Below are positions 48,400 through 62,200 of a stretch of 64,000 nucleotides of DNA, piece after piece (the first letter of the stretch is position 1; each line of letters begins with the position of its first letter). The stretch is from contig NC_086097.1 of assembly GCF_963921235.1 (NCBI RefSeq), forward strand, positions 107,510,001 to 107,574,000, read 5' to 3'. The stretch comes from Mobula hypostoma. Taxonomy: Eukaryota. A model generated the notes under the pieces. It was given only the letters and a program-made list of their open reading frames with translations. It made no database searches and was not told where the DNA came from. The position numbers were made by a program, and so were the translations under genes.

Positions 48400-51300
48400 T
48401 CGGCATTCAGAGAGGCGGGACTGTGCAGGCGTGTGACGTGGGGCAGTGAAGCTCGGAAGATTTAAAAGGAACAGAGCCTCATACAGTGGGCAGCGGAGTT
48501 TGTGGGTTGCAGAGTGAGCCAGGAGCAGAGTGAAGGCTTAAAGGCTTCGGCTCAACGGGCTTAGGTGGAAATGGGGGAGGCGAAGAGGGTTTGGTATTCA
48601 TTTTTTGTTGTTATTTGAGGAAAGGGGCAGTATGAGTGTGAGGGCAGCTTGTTGTTCTCGGTGTTGGATGTGGGAGGCCCTGGAGTCTCCAAGCATCCCG
48701 GACGTCCACATCTGCGCCAGGTGCGCTGAGATGCAGCTCCTAAGGGACCGCATTAGAGAACTGGAGCTGCAGCTCGATGACCTTTGCCTGGTCAGGGAGA
48801 GTGAGGAATTGACAGCGAGGAGTTACAGGCAGGTAGTCACACCGGGGCCACGGGAGGAAGACAAGTGGGTCACGGTTAGGAAGGGGAAGGATCAGGTACT
48901 AGAGAGTACCCCTGTGGCTGTGCCCCTTGACAATAAGTACTCCTGTTTGAGTACTGTTGGGGGGACAGCTTACCTGGGGGAAGCGACAGTGGCCATGCCT
49001 CCGACACAGAGTCCGACCCTATAGCTCAGAAGGGTAGGGAAAGGAAGAGGAGAGCAGTAATAATAGGGTACTCGATAGTAAGGGGGTCAGATAGGTGATT
49101 CTGTGGACGCAGTCCAGAGACCCGGGTGGTAGTTTGCCTCCCTGGTGCCAGGGTCCAGGATATTTCTGATTGCATCCAAGATATCCTGAAGTGGGAGGGT
49201 GAGGAGCCAGAGGTCGTGGTACATATAGGTACCAATGACGTAGGTAGGAAAAGGGAAGAGGTCCTGAAAGGAGAATATAGGGAGTTAGGAAGGGAGTTGA
49301 GAAAAAGGACTACAAAGGTAGTAATCTCGGGATTACTGCCTGTGCTACGCGACAGTGAGAGTAGGAATGCGATGAGGTGGAGGATAAATGCGTGGCTGAT
49401 GGATTGGAGCAGGGGGCAGGGATTCAAGTTTTTGGATCATTGGGACCTCTTTTGGCGCAGGTGTGACCTGTACAAAAAGGATGGGTTACACTTGAATCCT
49501 AGGGGGACCAATATCCTGGCGGGGAGATTTGCGAGGGCTACTGAGGTGACTTTAAACTAGAATGGTTGGGAGGTGGGAATCAAATTAAAGAGACTAGGAG
49601 AGAGGAGGTTAGTTCACAACAGGGGGATGGGAACAAGTGCAGAGAGACAGAGGGGTGTAAAATGAGGGTAGAAGTAAAAAGTAGTAAGGAGAAAAGTAAA
49701 AGTGACAGGCTGGCAAATCCAGGGCAAAAATCAAAAAGGGCCACTTTTCAACATAATTGTATAAGGGCTAGGAGTGTTGTAAAAGCAAGCCTGAAGGCTT
49801 TGTGTGTCAATGCAAGGAGCATTCGTAACAAGGTGGATGAATTAAAACTGCAGATTGTTATTAATGAATATGATGTAGTTGGGATCAGAGAGACATGGCT
49901 CCAGGGTTACCAAGGATGAGAGCTCGACATTCAGGGATGTTCAATATTCAGGAGGAATAGACATGAAAGAAAAGGAGGTGGGGTAGCATTGCTGGTTAGA
50001 GAGGAGATTAACGCAATAGAAAGGAAGGACATTAGCCGGGAGGATGTGGAATCGATATGGGTAGAGCTGCATAACACTAAGGGGCAGAAAATGCTGGTGG
50101 GAATTGTGTATAGGCCACCTAACAGTAGTAGTGAGGTTGGGGATGGCATTAAACAGGAAACTAGAAATGCGTGAAATAAAGGAACAGCAGTTATAATGAG
50201 TGACTTCAATCTACGTATAGATTGGGTGAACCAAATTGGTAAGGGTGCTGAGGAAGAGGATATCTTGGAACGTTTGCGGGATGGTTTTTTTGAAGCAACA
50301 TGTCGAGGAACCAACTAGAGAGCAGGCTATTCTAGACTGGGTATTGAGTAATGAGGAAGGGTTAATTAGCAATCTTGTCATGAGAGGCCCCTTGGGTAAG
50401 AGTGACCATAATATGGTGGAATTCTTCATTAAGATGGAGAGTGACATAGTTAATTCAGAAACAAAGGTTCTGAACTTAAAGAAGGGTAACTTTGAAGGTA
50501 TGAGATGTGAATTAGCTAAGGTAGACTGGCAAATGATACTTAAAGGGTTGACGGTGGATGTGCAATGGCAAGCATTTAAAGATCGCATGGATGAACTACA
50601 ACAATTGTTCATCCCAGTTTGGCAAAAGAATAAATTAGGGAAGGTAGTGCACCCGTGGCTGACAAGAGAAATTAGGGATAGTATCAATTCCAAAGAAGAA
50701 GCATACAAATTAGCCAGAAAAAGCGGCTCACCTGAGGACTGGGAGAAATTCAGAGTCCAGCAGAGGAGGACAAAGAGCTTAATTAGGAAAGGGAAAAAAG
50801 ATTATGAGAGAAAACTGGCAGGGAACATAAAAACTGACTGTAAAAGCTTTTGTAGATATGTGAAAAGAAAAAGATTGGTTAAGACAAATGTAGGTCCCCT
50901 ACAGACAGAAACGGGTGAATTGATTATGGGGAACAAGGACATGGCCGACCAACTGAATAATTACTTTGGTTCTGTCTTCACTAAGGAGGACATAAATAAT
51001 CTTCCGGAAATAGTAGGGGACAGATGGTCCGATGAGATGGAGGAACTGAGGGAAATACATGTTAGTAGGGAAGTGGTGTTAGGTAAATTGAAGGGATTAA
51101 AGGCAGATAAATCCCCAGGGCCAGATGGTCTGCATCCCAGAGTGCTTAAGGAAGTAGCCCAAGAAATAGTGGATGCATTAGTGATAATTTTTCAAAACTC
51201 TTTAGATTCTGGACTAGTTCCTGAGGATTGGAGGGTGGCTAATGTAACCCCGCTTTTTAATAAAGGAGGGAGAGAGAAACTGGGGAATTTTAGACCGGTT

Positions 51301-52601
51301 AGCCTAACATTGGTGGTGGGGAAAATGCTGGAGTCAGTTATCAAAGATGTGATAACAGCACATTTGGAAAGCGGTGAAATCATTGGACAAAGTCAACATG
51401 GCTTTGTGAAAGGAAAATCATGTCTGACGAATCTAACAGAATTTTTTGAGGATGTAACTAGTAGAGTCCATAGGGGAGAACCAGTGGATGTGGTATATTT
51501 GGATTTTCAAAAGGCTTTTGACGCACAAGAGATTAGAATGCAAACTTAAAGCACATGGTATTGGGGGTAAGGTATTGATGTGGATAGAGAATTGGTTGGC
51601 AGACAGGAAGCAAAGACTGGGAATAAACGGGACCTTTTCAGAATGGCAGGCAGTGACTAGTGGGGTACCGCAAGGCTCAGTGCTAGGACCCCAGTTGTTT
51701 ACAATATATATTAATGACTTAGACAAGGGAATTAAATGCAGCATCTCCAAGTTTGCGGATGGCATGAAGCTGGGCGGTAGTGTTAGCTGTGAGGAGGATG
51801 CTAAGAGGATGCAGGGTGACCAGGTTAGGTGAGTGGGCAAATTCATGGCAGCTGCAATTTAATGTGAATAAATGTGAGGTTATCCACTTTGGTGGCAAAA
51901 ACAGGAAAACAGATTATTATCTGAATGGTGGCCGATTAGGAAAAGGGGAGGTGCAACGAGATCTGGGTGTCATTATACACCAGTCATTGAAAGTGGGCAT
52001 GCAGGTACAGCAGGCGGTGAAAAAGGCGAATGGTATGCTGGCATTTATAGCGAGAGGATTCGAGTACAGGAGCAGGGAGGTACTACTGCAGTTGTACAAG
52101 GCCTTGGTGAGACCACACCTGGAGTATTGTATGCAGTTTTCGTCCCCTAATCTGAGGAAAGACATTCTTGCTATAGAGGGAGTACAAAGAAGGTTCACCA
52201 GATTGATTCCTGGGATGGCAGGACTTTTATATGATGAAAGACTGGATCGACTAGGCTTATACTCGCTGGAATTTAGAAGATTGAAGGGGGATCTTATTGA
52301 AACGTATAAAATCCTAAAGGGATTGGACAGGCTAGAAGCAGGAAGATTGATCCTGATGTTGGGGAAGTCCAGAATGAGGGGTCACAGTTTGAGGATAAAG
52401 GGGAAGCCTTTTAGGACCGAGATTAGGAAAAACTTCTTCATACAGAGAGTGGTGAATCTGTGGAATTCTCTGCCACAGGAAACAGTTGAGGCCAGTTCAT
52501 TGGCTATATTTAAGAGGGAATTAGATATGGCCCTTGTGACTGAAGGGATCAGGGGGTATGGAGGGAAGGCTGGTACAGGGTTCTGAGTTGGATGATCAGC
52601 C
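48400..52601 (+). mobile_element. Near full-length CR1-type LINE (5' UTR, ORF1 zinc finger + SGNH esterase, ORF2 EN-RT), disrupted
   Basis: ORF1 pieces 48632-49560 (CSRCWMWE..HICARC, HIGTND, DGLH); ORF2 pieces 49790-52586; very similar to the copy at 8373-11230. Confidence 0.95.
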
Positions 52602-52706
52602 AATACTGCAAACACAAGGAATTCTGCAGATGCAGGAAATTCAAGCAACACACATCAAAGTTGCTGGTGAAGGCAGCAGGCCAGGCAGCATCTCTAGGAA
52701 GAGGTA

Positions 52707-52745
52707 CAGTCAACATTTCGGGCCGAGACCCTTCGTCAGGACTAA
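52707..52745 (-). ncRNA. Minimal hammerhead ribozyme motif (PLE-type)
   Basis: AGTC-CTGACGA-AGGGTCTCGGCCC-GAAA-TGTT-GACT. Confidence 0.6.
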
Positions 52746-54073
52746 CTGAAAGAAGAGCTAGTAAGAGATTTGAAAGTGGGATGGGGAGGGGGCGTTCCAA
52801 AATGATAGGAGAAGACAGGAGGGGGAGGGATGGAGCCAAGAGCTGGACAGTTGATTGGCAAAAGGGATATGAGAGGATCATGGGACAGGAGGTCCGGGGA
52901 GAAGGGGGGTGGAACCCAGAGGATGGGCAAGGGGTATAGTGAGAGGGACAGAGGGAGAAAAAGGAGAGAGAGAGAAAAAGAATGTGTGTATATAAATAAA
53001 TAACAGAAGGGGTACGAGGAGGAGGTGGGGCATTAGTGGAAGTTTGAAAAGTCAATGTTCATGCCATCAGGTTGGAGGCTACCCAGACGGAATATAAGGT
53101 GTTGTTCCTCCAACCTGAGTGTGGCTTCATCTTTGCAGTACAGGAGGCTGTGGATAGACATATCAGAATGGGAATGGGACGTGGAATTAAAAGTCCAACA
53201 TATTATTCTCCATAACTTCCGCCACCTCCAACGGGATCCCACCACTAAGCATATCTTTCCCTCCCCCCTCTCTCTGCTTTCTGCAGGGATCGCTCCCTAC
53301 GTGACTCCCTCGTCCATTCGTTCCCCCCATCCCTCCCCACCGATCTCCCTCCTGGCACTTATCCTTGTAAGCGGAACAAGTGCTACACATGCCCTTACAC
53401 TTCCTCCCTTACCACCATTCAGGGCCCCAGAAAGTCCTTCCAGGTGAGGCGACACTTCACCTGTGAGTCGGCTGGGGTGATATACTGCGTCCGGTACTCC
53501 AAATGTGGCCTTCTATATATTGGTGAGACCCGACACAGACTTGGGAGATCGTTTCGCTGGACCCCTACGCTCTGTCCGCCAGAGAAAGCAGGATCTCCCA
53601 GTGGCCACACATTTTAATTCCACGTCCCATTCCCATTCTGATATGTCTATCCATGGCCTCCTCTACTGTAAAGATGAAGCCACACTCAGGTTGGAGGAAC
53701 AACACCTTATATTCCGTCTGGGTAGCCTCCAACCTGATGGCATGAACATCGACTTCTCTAACTTCTGCTAATGCCCCACCTCCCCCTCGTACCCCTTCCG
53801 TTATTTATTTATATACACACATTCTTTTTCTCTCTCTCTCCTTTTTCTCCCTCTGTCCCTCTCACTATACCCCTTGCCCATCCTCTGGGTTTTTCCCCCC
53901 TTCCCCCTTTTCTTTCTCCCTAAGCCTCCTGTCCCATGATCCTCTCATATCCCTTTTGTCAATCAACTGTCCAGCTCTTGGTTCCATTCCTCCCCCTCCT
54001 GTCTTCTCCTATCATTTTGGATCTCCTCCTCCCCCTCCTACTTTCAAATCTCTTACTAGCCCTTCTTTCAGTT

Positions 54074-54110
54074 AGTCCTGACGAAGGGTCTCGGCCCGAA
54101 ACTTCGACTG
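54074..54110 (+). ncRNA. Minimal hammerhead ribozyme motif (PLE-type)
   Basis: AGTC-CTGACGA-AGGGTCTCGGCCC-GAAA-CTTC-GACT; stem I AGTC/GACT, stem II GGGTC/GGCCC. Confidence 0.65.
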
Positions 54111-54184
54111 TAACTTCTTAGAGATGCTGCCTGGCCTGCTGCGTTCACCAGCAACTTTGATGTTCATTGAATACCGCAGTCTCC

Positions 54185-55120
54185 TTTCAGCCATGAAACC
54201 TGTGTCTCATGACGATAGTTTACCAGTACCGAAGCCACCAGAGACATGGAGTCCAGAGGAGGCAGACAAAATGCGATAATGCACAGGCCTGGGATGGAAA
54301 ACAATGCTGATACTAATATTGGACCTTTTATGTCACGTGAGCCTTATCTAATAACTCAATCTGAGTTAAGTGACCTCGTCAGAGAGTTGGATCCAAGACT
54401 GCAAGGATGAAATCTGCTGTCACCCGGCACAAAAATTTCTGTGAAGGATTTCGATATTTGAGATAGATGTTTCCCAGAATAACTGGTATCAAGATTAAAG
54501 AAGGAGATTTTGCTGGTCCACAAATCAAACAGGTCATCAATGACAGGCATTTCCAAGAACTTCCAGTGGGGCCAGAGAAAATCGAATGAAAACATTCAAG
54601 AATGTTGTTGAAAATTTTCTTGGCAACTCCAGAACACTAAACCATGTTCAGCTGGTTCAAACATACTTAAAGCATACAAAACCATGAATTGCAACATGTC
54701 ACTAAAGATTCATTTTCTGCATTCCCATTTGAACTTCTTCCCTGCAACTCTTGGCACTGTCAGTGACGAGCATGGTGAAAGTTTTCACCAGGACATTGCG
54801 GTCATGGAGAAACGGTATCAGGGAACTAGAATCCGTTAATATTGGCTAATAATTGTTGAACACAAGTGTGAAGCCTCAGACACTGAGTACCAATGTAAAT
54901 CATCAACAAAATATTTTTAGCTTAGTTGAACTATTGAAACTGTCAACACTGTTTTGCAATTAAACATTATATTCAATAAAAATTAATTTCTTGCTTCTCC
55001 CAGTTTCTTTGTGATACTAATAGTCTGAAATTATATTTATGTTCAGCTTCAAGCAATCTATCATAACCACAAAATAATTCTGAGGATGAAACGCTTTTGA
55101 AAAAAAGATTGCACTCTAGT
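54185..55120 (+). mobile_element. Degenerate DNA transposon, probably Chapaev3/CMC-type
   Basis: PVSHDDSLPVPKPP, ITQSELSDLVREL, CNMSLKIHFLHSHLNFFPATLGTVSDEHGESFHQDIAVMEKRYQG; superfamily assignment from recall. Confidence 0.55.
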
Positions 55121-55477
55121 GTTTTGGGTTACATGTCAAAATCCGTTAATTGTGTTTGTTGTCAAACTACCATGTGATACGTGCGCACCTCAGTTAAAGT
55201 AATCCCAAGTAGATCCACTTTTGCAGACTCCTTTGTCTTCATTTGAATTAATTTAATGTTTTGAAGTTACAAAACGTAACATTGGTGTCAAGGTACTTTT
55301 AAAACAAACCCAACATGGCTACCAGCCTATTAAAATGCAGCGAGATGTTCAAACTAAAGATAACGCAGCGAAGAATTGCAAGTTTAAAAAAAAGCAGTCC
55401 AGCATGTGTGATAGATGATCAAGTTACAAAAAGCAGTGCAGCACATTTGCTTCAGAAGGGAAGATGTGTTCTAGTTT

Positions 55478-56825
55478 TATGGCTGGGGCTACCAAAGAGC
55501 CTGAGCAGCATCGCACTCTATGGACACCACAACAAACTGCAACTGCCCTTCAAATCCTTGGGGGAAGAATTCAAGGTAACAAGAGCCAGAGAAGTGATAC
55601 AGTACAGGGGCTCAAGTGATCCAAAGGTGGCTAGAGCAGGGATCCATGTAAGTACTGGCAGGAAGTGGAGGGCAGAGGAAGCTGTTCAGGAGGCAGAGGC
55701 AAGGCTGCGTCACAGGAGGCTGGTGGGAGTGATCACACGAGGCCGAACTGGGCTAGGATCCTTTCCAACTCCCCAAATGGACACCAGAGGGAAGGAAAGT
55801 TGTCGTCTAGTTCAGGAGGAGGTGAGAGCAGTAGTGGAGGAGACGAGAGCATGCAAGGCGGTGGGAATGAAGCAACAGGGAGCTTGGACAAGATGAGAGA
55901 ATGAGGTTGAGAGGAAAGTGACCTGGGCTGATCTTTGGAAAGTCAAACCACACTGCATCCAATTTCTCATCCAGGCAGTGTATAATGTGCTTCCAAGCCC
56001 ATCAAACCTGCACACATGGGGCAAGGCAGAGTCATCTGTGTACCTGCCGTGCTCCAAGCGAGGAACCCTGGAGCACATCCTCAGCGGCTGCGCAAGGGCA
56101 CTTGGTGAGGGATGGTACTGATGGAGGCATGATCAGGTCCTGAAGACCATCACTGAAGCAGGAGCTGAGTGGGTGAAGTGGTCCCAACTCTCCAGACCAT
56201 TGCCTTTGTCAGAGCTGGGGAGCAGCCAATACCTGCCAAAAGAACATCTGCAGGCATTCTGACCTCTGCAAGGGACTGGCAGCTGTTGGTGGACTTCAAA
56301 CAGCAGCTGAAGTTCCCCAACCATATCGCAGCCACCACCCTGCGACCAGACATTGTCCTAGTGTTTGAGTCCACTAAGCAAGTGGTGCTGCTGGAGCTGA
56401 CAGTCTCATGGGAAGATCGCTTGGAAGGGGCCTTTGAAAGGAAGCTCTCCAAGTACGCAGGACTGGTCAGCAACTGTCAGCAGGCTGGATGGAGAGCGAG
56501 GTGTCTCCCAGTAGAGGCTGGTTGTAGGGGATTTGTAGCCCATTCTTTAGTTAGAGCCTTCAGCAATTTGGGCATCGAGGGAGAGAGGAAGAGGAGAGTC
56601 ATCCGCAATACCACCGATGCGGCAGAGAGGGCCTCAAGATGGCTGTGGCTCAAAAGAGGAGAGCCATGGAGTCATAAGTAGCTAGCCATCTGGACACAAG
56701 CTGGGGTCTGATCATCCATGGCTGGGTCACCTGGAGGAGGGTGTATGATGCTGAAAGACCTGAAACACCCGATGATTTCAGGAACATCACTGAAGATGTG
56801 TCCAGAGGCATCAGGAGATGAATGT
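55478..56825 (+). mobile_element. HERO-like (R2-group, REL endonuclease) non-LTR 3' portion
   Basis: WLGLPKSLSSIALYG, TGRKW, GRTGLG, QGAWT, LPSPSNL, TLEHILSGC, WRHDQVL, LRPDIV...LELTV...ERKLSKY...PVEAGCRGF. Confidence 0.85.
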
Positions 56826-57256
56826 ACACAGAATAATTTAACTAAAATAACTGCACTTAGAAATTTAAAAAAATTAAAATACTTAAAATTATTCTTTTGA
56901 GTGAACTTTGGTGGGACCATCCAACTTGACTTAGCATTTCTCTACGACTTGTCTCAAAGGCAGTACATTGAGTGAGCAGTAAAAGTAAATGAAATTGGTA
57001 AATTATTCTCTGTTCTGACCAGCGGGTTCAGGTTTTGCAATTCACTCACAGGGAACTGAAACTATTCCCACCCACCCTGCAGTTGAGGAAATCTGACAAA
57101 CGAATTGACAATGTGGGATACCTGTTAATGTGAGGAAATGGATGATTTCAGTTTCAATTATTTAGTTTGAGCAATTAACTTCATAAGAAAATGACACTCA
57201 TTGGATGCATGAATAGATCAAAGGGATTATGCCAATGTGCAGAAATAAATTTCATT

Positions 57257-57335
57257 TAGGGGTTCCCATCCTTTTTTATGCCATGGACCTTTCCAATTAA
57301 CAAAGAGATCTGTGGATCCCAAGTTGGGAACCCCA
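57257..57335. mobile_element. Small hAT-like MITE
   Basis: GGGGTTCCCA...TGGGAACCCC inverted termini. Confidence 0.55.
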
Positions 57336-57518
57336 TTTTACCTAGACCTTTGTCATGACCCGAAGATTTAGAGATATTGGACTATTTTTAAAAATGGGTG
57401 GAAATGTTTCCTGCAAAGGAAACCACAGCTTTTCAAAAACTAAATGAAAGGATCAGAAGAATCATGCCTTGAAGTGAAGAATCAGGTCAGAGAATCCATT
57501 TTATAAGGTTCCTTAAAG

Positions 57519-58710
57519 TGTAAACGTAACTTTGCTAGATCAAATAACGACAGCACAAAAAGATCGTTACTTATCTTTTCACCCGTTTATTTCTTCGAGC
57601 TCAGCCGGTGAGTGAACTTAGACCCGACATCAGGGAGAGACCCTTTCTCATCTCCCCGGCGGTTTACAAGTTCACTGCCCAATGTCAGAATTGTCAGAAG
57701 TTATAAGGCCACCGATACAAAAGAACAATCAGTTTGATAACCATTCCGGTCAAGTCAATGGACTATTTATACAAAAGTACAATCAATTTGTTAGACACTC
57801 CAACCATCTTACTTAAAGAAAGGAATGTCCTACCTGGTTTGCTGGAGCCACAACTTCATTACAAAGATAAGAACATCCGTCAAATTTATGCTTTAATTAA
57901 GAAAGGAATGTTCTGTCTAATTTCCATCAGGGACTGCTTTTTGTTAAAATCAAAAGGTGTGAAAAGCCCAGAGACATCTGATGTGGATCTGGGCGAACTT
58001 TAATCATCTTGCTCCAAAGAAGGCATCTGTGATTCATTATTCAAACACACTGCGGTCACAGACATAGTCAGTACTTAATTCATTGTTTACAGGGATTTGA
58101 GAATTCCCCATTCCCTTAAACTTTATCATTCCCTCCTTTTTATCGTTACATGATAACTTTTAAGAACAGATTGTCGCTTCTGCAACATGATACAAAACAT
58201 ATCCAACATACTCCAAATTCTACTTGCTTAGCGTAGGAGGGACAGAAAAGTGTTAACATGGGGGCCTCCCGAAACAGGGGCAGGTCCCCTTAGGGTCATT
58301 TAAATCATCATTAACCAATGCATTTTTCACTCCTTATCAGTTCCGCCAGTAACGAGTTTATAGTCCGTTCGATGTATCCACTGGAGCTGCCCTTCCACCT
58401 TCACTGCAATAGGTGTTGTCAGTAGCACTTGGTACGGTCCTTTCCACCTCTGTTCCAACTTCTTACGATTCCAGTTCTTAATCAGGACAAAATCTCCAGG
58501 CTCAATGGTGGGGTAGTCACCCTCAGGCTGAGTGTCATCCTCTCGAATGCCTGTCATACCTGTGAATGCAAGCTTCGGAGAGTTTTAGTCAACATGCATA
58601 AATATTTTCCCATCTCCTCCCCTTTCAGGAAGGGGAGGTCGGGCCAGATCCGACCCCCATGGGGTTCGCCTGGCCTTCCTGTAGATAATCTTGAAGAGGG
58701 ATAAGTACTC
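57519..58710 (-). mobile_element. Endogenous retrovirus remnant (gamma/epsilon-like integrase C-terminus plus putative 3' LTR), no env
   Basis: IEPGDFVLIKNWNRKKLEQRWKGPYQVLLTTPIAVKVEG..WIH (58327-58557); PPT-like AAAAAGGAGGGAA then TG at 58128; AATAAA on the minus strand near 57590; LTR end approximate. Confidence 0.65.
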
Positions 58711-58716
58711 TGATTT

Positions 58717-59294
58717 ATAGGCCTCCAAACAGCTGCAGTAATGTGGACTACAAATTACAACAGGAAATAGAAAAGGCTTGTCAGAAGGGCAGTGTTATGA
58801 CAATTGTGGGGGATTTTAACATGCGAGTGGATTGGGAAAATCAGGTCGGCACTGGATCTCAAGAGAGAGAATTTGTAGAAAGTCTGCGAGATGGCTTTTT
58901 GGAATAGCTTGTTGTTGAGCCCACTAGGGAATCGGCTGTACTGGATTGGGTATTGTGTAATGAACCGGAGGTGATTAGAGAGATTGAGGTGAAGGAACCC
59001 TTAGGAGGCAGTGATCATAACATGATTGAGTTCACTGTGAAATTAGAAAAAGAGAAGCCGAAATCTGATGTGTCGGTATTTCCATGGAGTAAAGGAAATT
59101 ACAGTGGCATGAGAGAGGAACTGGCCAAAGTTGACTGGAAAGGGACACTAGCGGGAAGGATGGCAGAGCAGCAGTGGTTGGAGTTTATGCGAGAAGTGAG
59201 GAAGGTGCAAGACAGGTATATTCCAAAAAAGAAGAAATTTTCGAATGGAAAAAGGATGCAACCGTGGTTGACAAGAGAAGTTAAAGCCAAAGTT
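58717..59294 (+). mobile_element. CR1 EN fragment, left half of a copy split by the antisense CR1
   Basis: GDFN...GGSDHNMIEF...PWLTREVKAKV; inverted duplicate of ~61070-61650. Confidence 0.9.
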
Positions 59295-62200
59295 AAGACC
59301 ATAAGACCATTCGGCCCATCGAGTCTGCTCTGCCATTTTATCATGAGCTGATCCATTCTCCTATTTAGTCCCTCTGCCCCGCCTTCTCACCATAACCCTT
59401 GATGCCCTGGCTTCTCAGATACCTATCAATCTCTGCCTTAAATACACCCAATGACTTGGCCTCCACTGCTGCCCATGGCAACAAATTCCATAGATTCACC
59501 ACCCTCTGACTAAAAAATTTTTTTCGCATTTCTGTTCTGAATGGGCGCCTTTCAATCCTTAAGTCATGCCCTCTCGTACTAGATTCCCCCATCATGGGAA
59601 ACAACTTTGCCACATCCACTCTGTCCATGCCTTTTAACATTCGAAATGTTTCTATGAGGTCTCCCCTCATTCTTCTAAACTCCAAGGAATACAGTCCAAG
59701 AGCGGACAAACGTTCCTTATATGTTAACCCTCTCATTCCTGGAATCATTCTAGTGAATCTTCTCTGTACCCTCTCCAACGTCAGCACATCCTTTCTTAAA
59801 TAAGGAGACCAAAACTGCCCACAGTACTCCAAGTGAGGTCTCACCAGCGCCTTATAGAGCCTCAACATCACATCCCTGCTCCTATACTTTATTCCTCTAG
59901 AAATGAGTGCCAACATTGCATTTGCCTTCTTCACCACCGACTCAACCTGGAGGTTAACTTTAAGGGTATCCTGTACGAGGACTCGCAAGTCCCGTTGCAT
60001 CTCAGAACTTTGAATTCTTTCTCCATTTAAATAATAGTCTGCCCGTTTATTTTTTCTGCCAAAGTGCATAACCATACACTTTCCAACATTGTACTTCATT
60101 TGCCACTTCTCTGCTCATTCTTCCAATCTATCCAAGTCTCTCTGCAGACCCTCCGTTTCCTCAGCACTACCGGCCCCTCCACCCATCTTCGTATCGTCAG
60201 CAAACTTAGCCACAAAGCCATCTATTCCATAATCCAAATCGTTGATGTACAATGTAAAAAGAAATCCAAATATACAACATCCACTGCATCTCCCTTGTCT
60301 AGCCTACTGGTAATTTCCTCAAAAAATTGTAATAAGTTTGTCAGGCAGGATTTTCCTTTAAGGAATCCATGCTGAGTTCTGCCTATCTTGTCATATGCCT
60401 CCAGGTACTCTGTAACCTCATCCTTGACAATCGACTCCAACAACTGCCCAACCACCGATGTCAAGCTAACAGGTCTATAATTTCCTTTTTGCTTCCTTGC
60501 CCCCTTCTGAAATAGCGGAGTGACATTTGCTATCTTCCAGTCCTCCGGAACCATGCGAGAATCTATTGACTTTTGAAAGATCATCGCTAATGCCTCCGCA
60601 ATCTCCACAGCTACTTCCTTCAGAACACGCGGGTGCATTCCATCTGGTCCAGGAGGTTTATCTACCTTTAGACGATTCAGCTTCCTGAGTACTTTCTCTG
60701 TCGTAATTGTGACTGCGCACACTTCTCTTCCCTGCCAGCCTTGAGTGTCCGGTATACTGCTGATGTCTTCCTCAGTGAAGACTGATGCAAAATACTCCTT
60801 CAGTTCCTCTGCCATCTCCTTATCTCCCATTACAATTTCTCCAGCATAATTTTGTATCGGTCCTATATCTACTCTCACCTGTCTTTTCTCTTTATATACT
60901 TGAAAAAGCTTTTAGTGTCCTCTTTGATATTATTTGCTAGCTTCCTTTCATAGTTAATCTTTTCCCTCTTAATGACCTTCTTGGTTTCCTTTTGTAAGGT
61001 TTTAAAAACTTCCCAATCCTCTGTCTTCCCACTAATTTTTGCTTCCTTGTATGCCCTCTCCTTTGCTTTAACTTTGGCTTTGACTTCTCTTGTCAACCAT
61101 GGTTGCATCCTTTTCCCATTCGAAAATTTCTTCTTTTTTGGAATATACCTGTCTTGCACATTCCTCATTTCTCACATAAACTGCCACTGCTGCTCTGCTG
61201 CCTTTCCTGCCAGTGTCCCCTTCCAGTCAACTTTGGCCAGTTCCTCTCTCATGCCACTGTAATTTCCTTTACTCCACTGAAATACCGACACATCAGATTT
61301 CGGCTTCTCTTTTTCTAATTTCACAGTGAACTCAATCATGTTATGATCACTGCCTCCTAAGGGTTCCTTCACCTCAATCTCTCTAATCACCTCCGGTTCA
61401 TTACACAATACCCAATCCAGTACAGCCGGTCCCCTAGTGGGCTCAACAACAAGCTGTTCTAAAAAGCCATCTCGCAGACATTCTACAAATTCTCTCTCTT
61501 GAGATCCAGTGCTGACCTGATTTTCCCAATCTACTCGCTTGTTAAAATCCCCCACAATTATCATAACACTCCCTTCTGACAAGCCTTTTCTATTTCCAGT
61601 TGTAATTTGTAGTCCACATCCCTGCAGCTGTTTGGAGGCCTATAAATAACTGCCATCAGGGTCCTTTTACCCCTGCGATTTCTTAGCTCAACCCATAAAG
61701 ATTCTGCACCTTCCAATCCTATATCACCTCTTTCTAATGTTTTAATATCATTTCTTACCAATAAAGCCATGCCTCCCCCTCTGCCTACCCTCCTATCCTT
61801 CTGATACACTATGTATCCTTGGACGTTCAGCTCCCAGAGACATGCATCCTTTAGCCAGGTCTCTGTGATGGCCACAATATCATACCTGCCAATCTGTAGC
61901 TGTATGACAAGATCATCCACCTTATTCCTTATGCTGCGTGCATTTAAGTACAACACCTTAAGACCAGTATTTGATACTTTTTGCTTTGATTTCACTGCAA
62001 CTTTATTGCACTGCAACTCATCCCAATGGCTACAAATTTGCCCCATCACCTGCCTGTCTTTCCTGACATCTTTACTGCTCACTATCTTAGATTTATTTCT
62101 GTTTTCCCCTTCCTCCACTCTATCATTCCGGTTCCCATCCCCCTGCCAAATTAGTGTAAACCCTCCCTAACAGCTATTAAATTTTCCCGCCAGGATATTG

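Larger units (their letters stand above)
52611..54165. mobile_element. Penelope-like element: inverted pLTR plus GIY-YIG endonuclease C-terminal region
   Basis: 52650-53190 is the reverse complement of ~53610-54163; plus strand gives CKRNKCYTC...FTCESAGVIYC...LYIGET...VATHFNS...EEQHLIFRLGSLQPDGMNIDF. Confidence 0.9.

Noticed and set aside
55130..55470. Possible further LTR end plus PBS (…CGTAAC ATTGGTGTCA)
   Set aside because: No partner LTR or recognisable gag; too weak to call.
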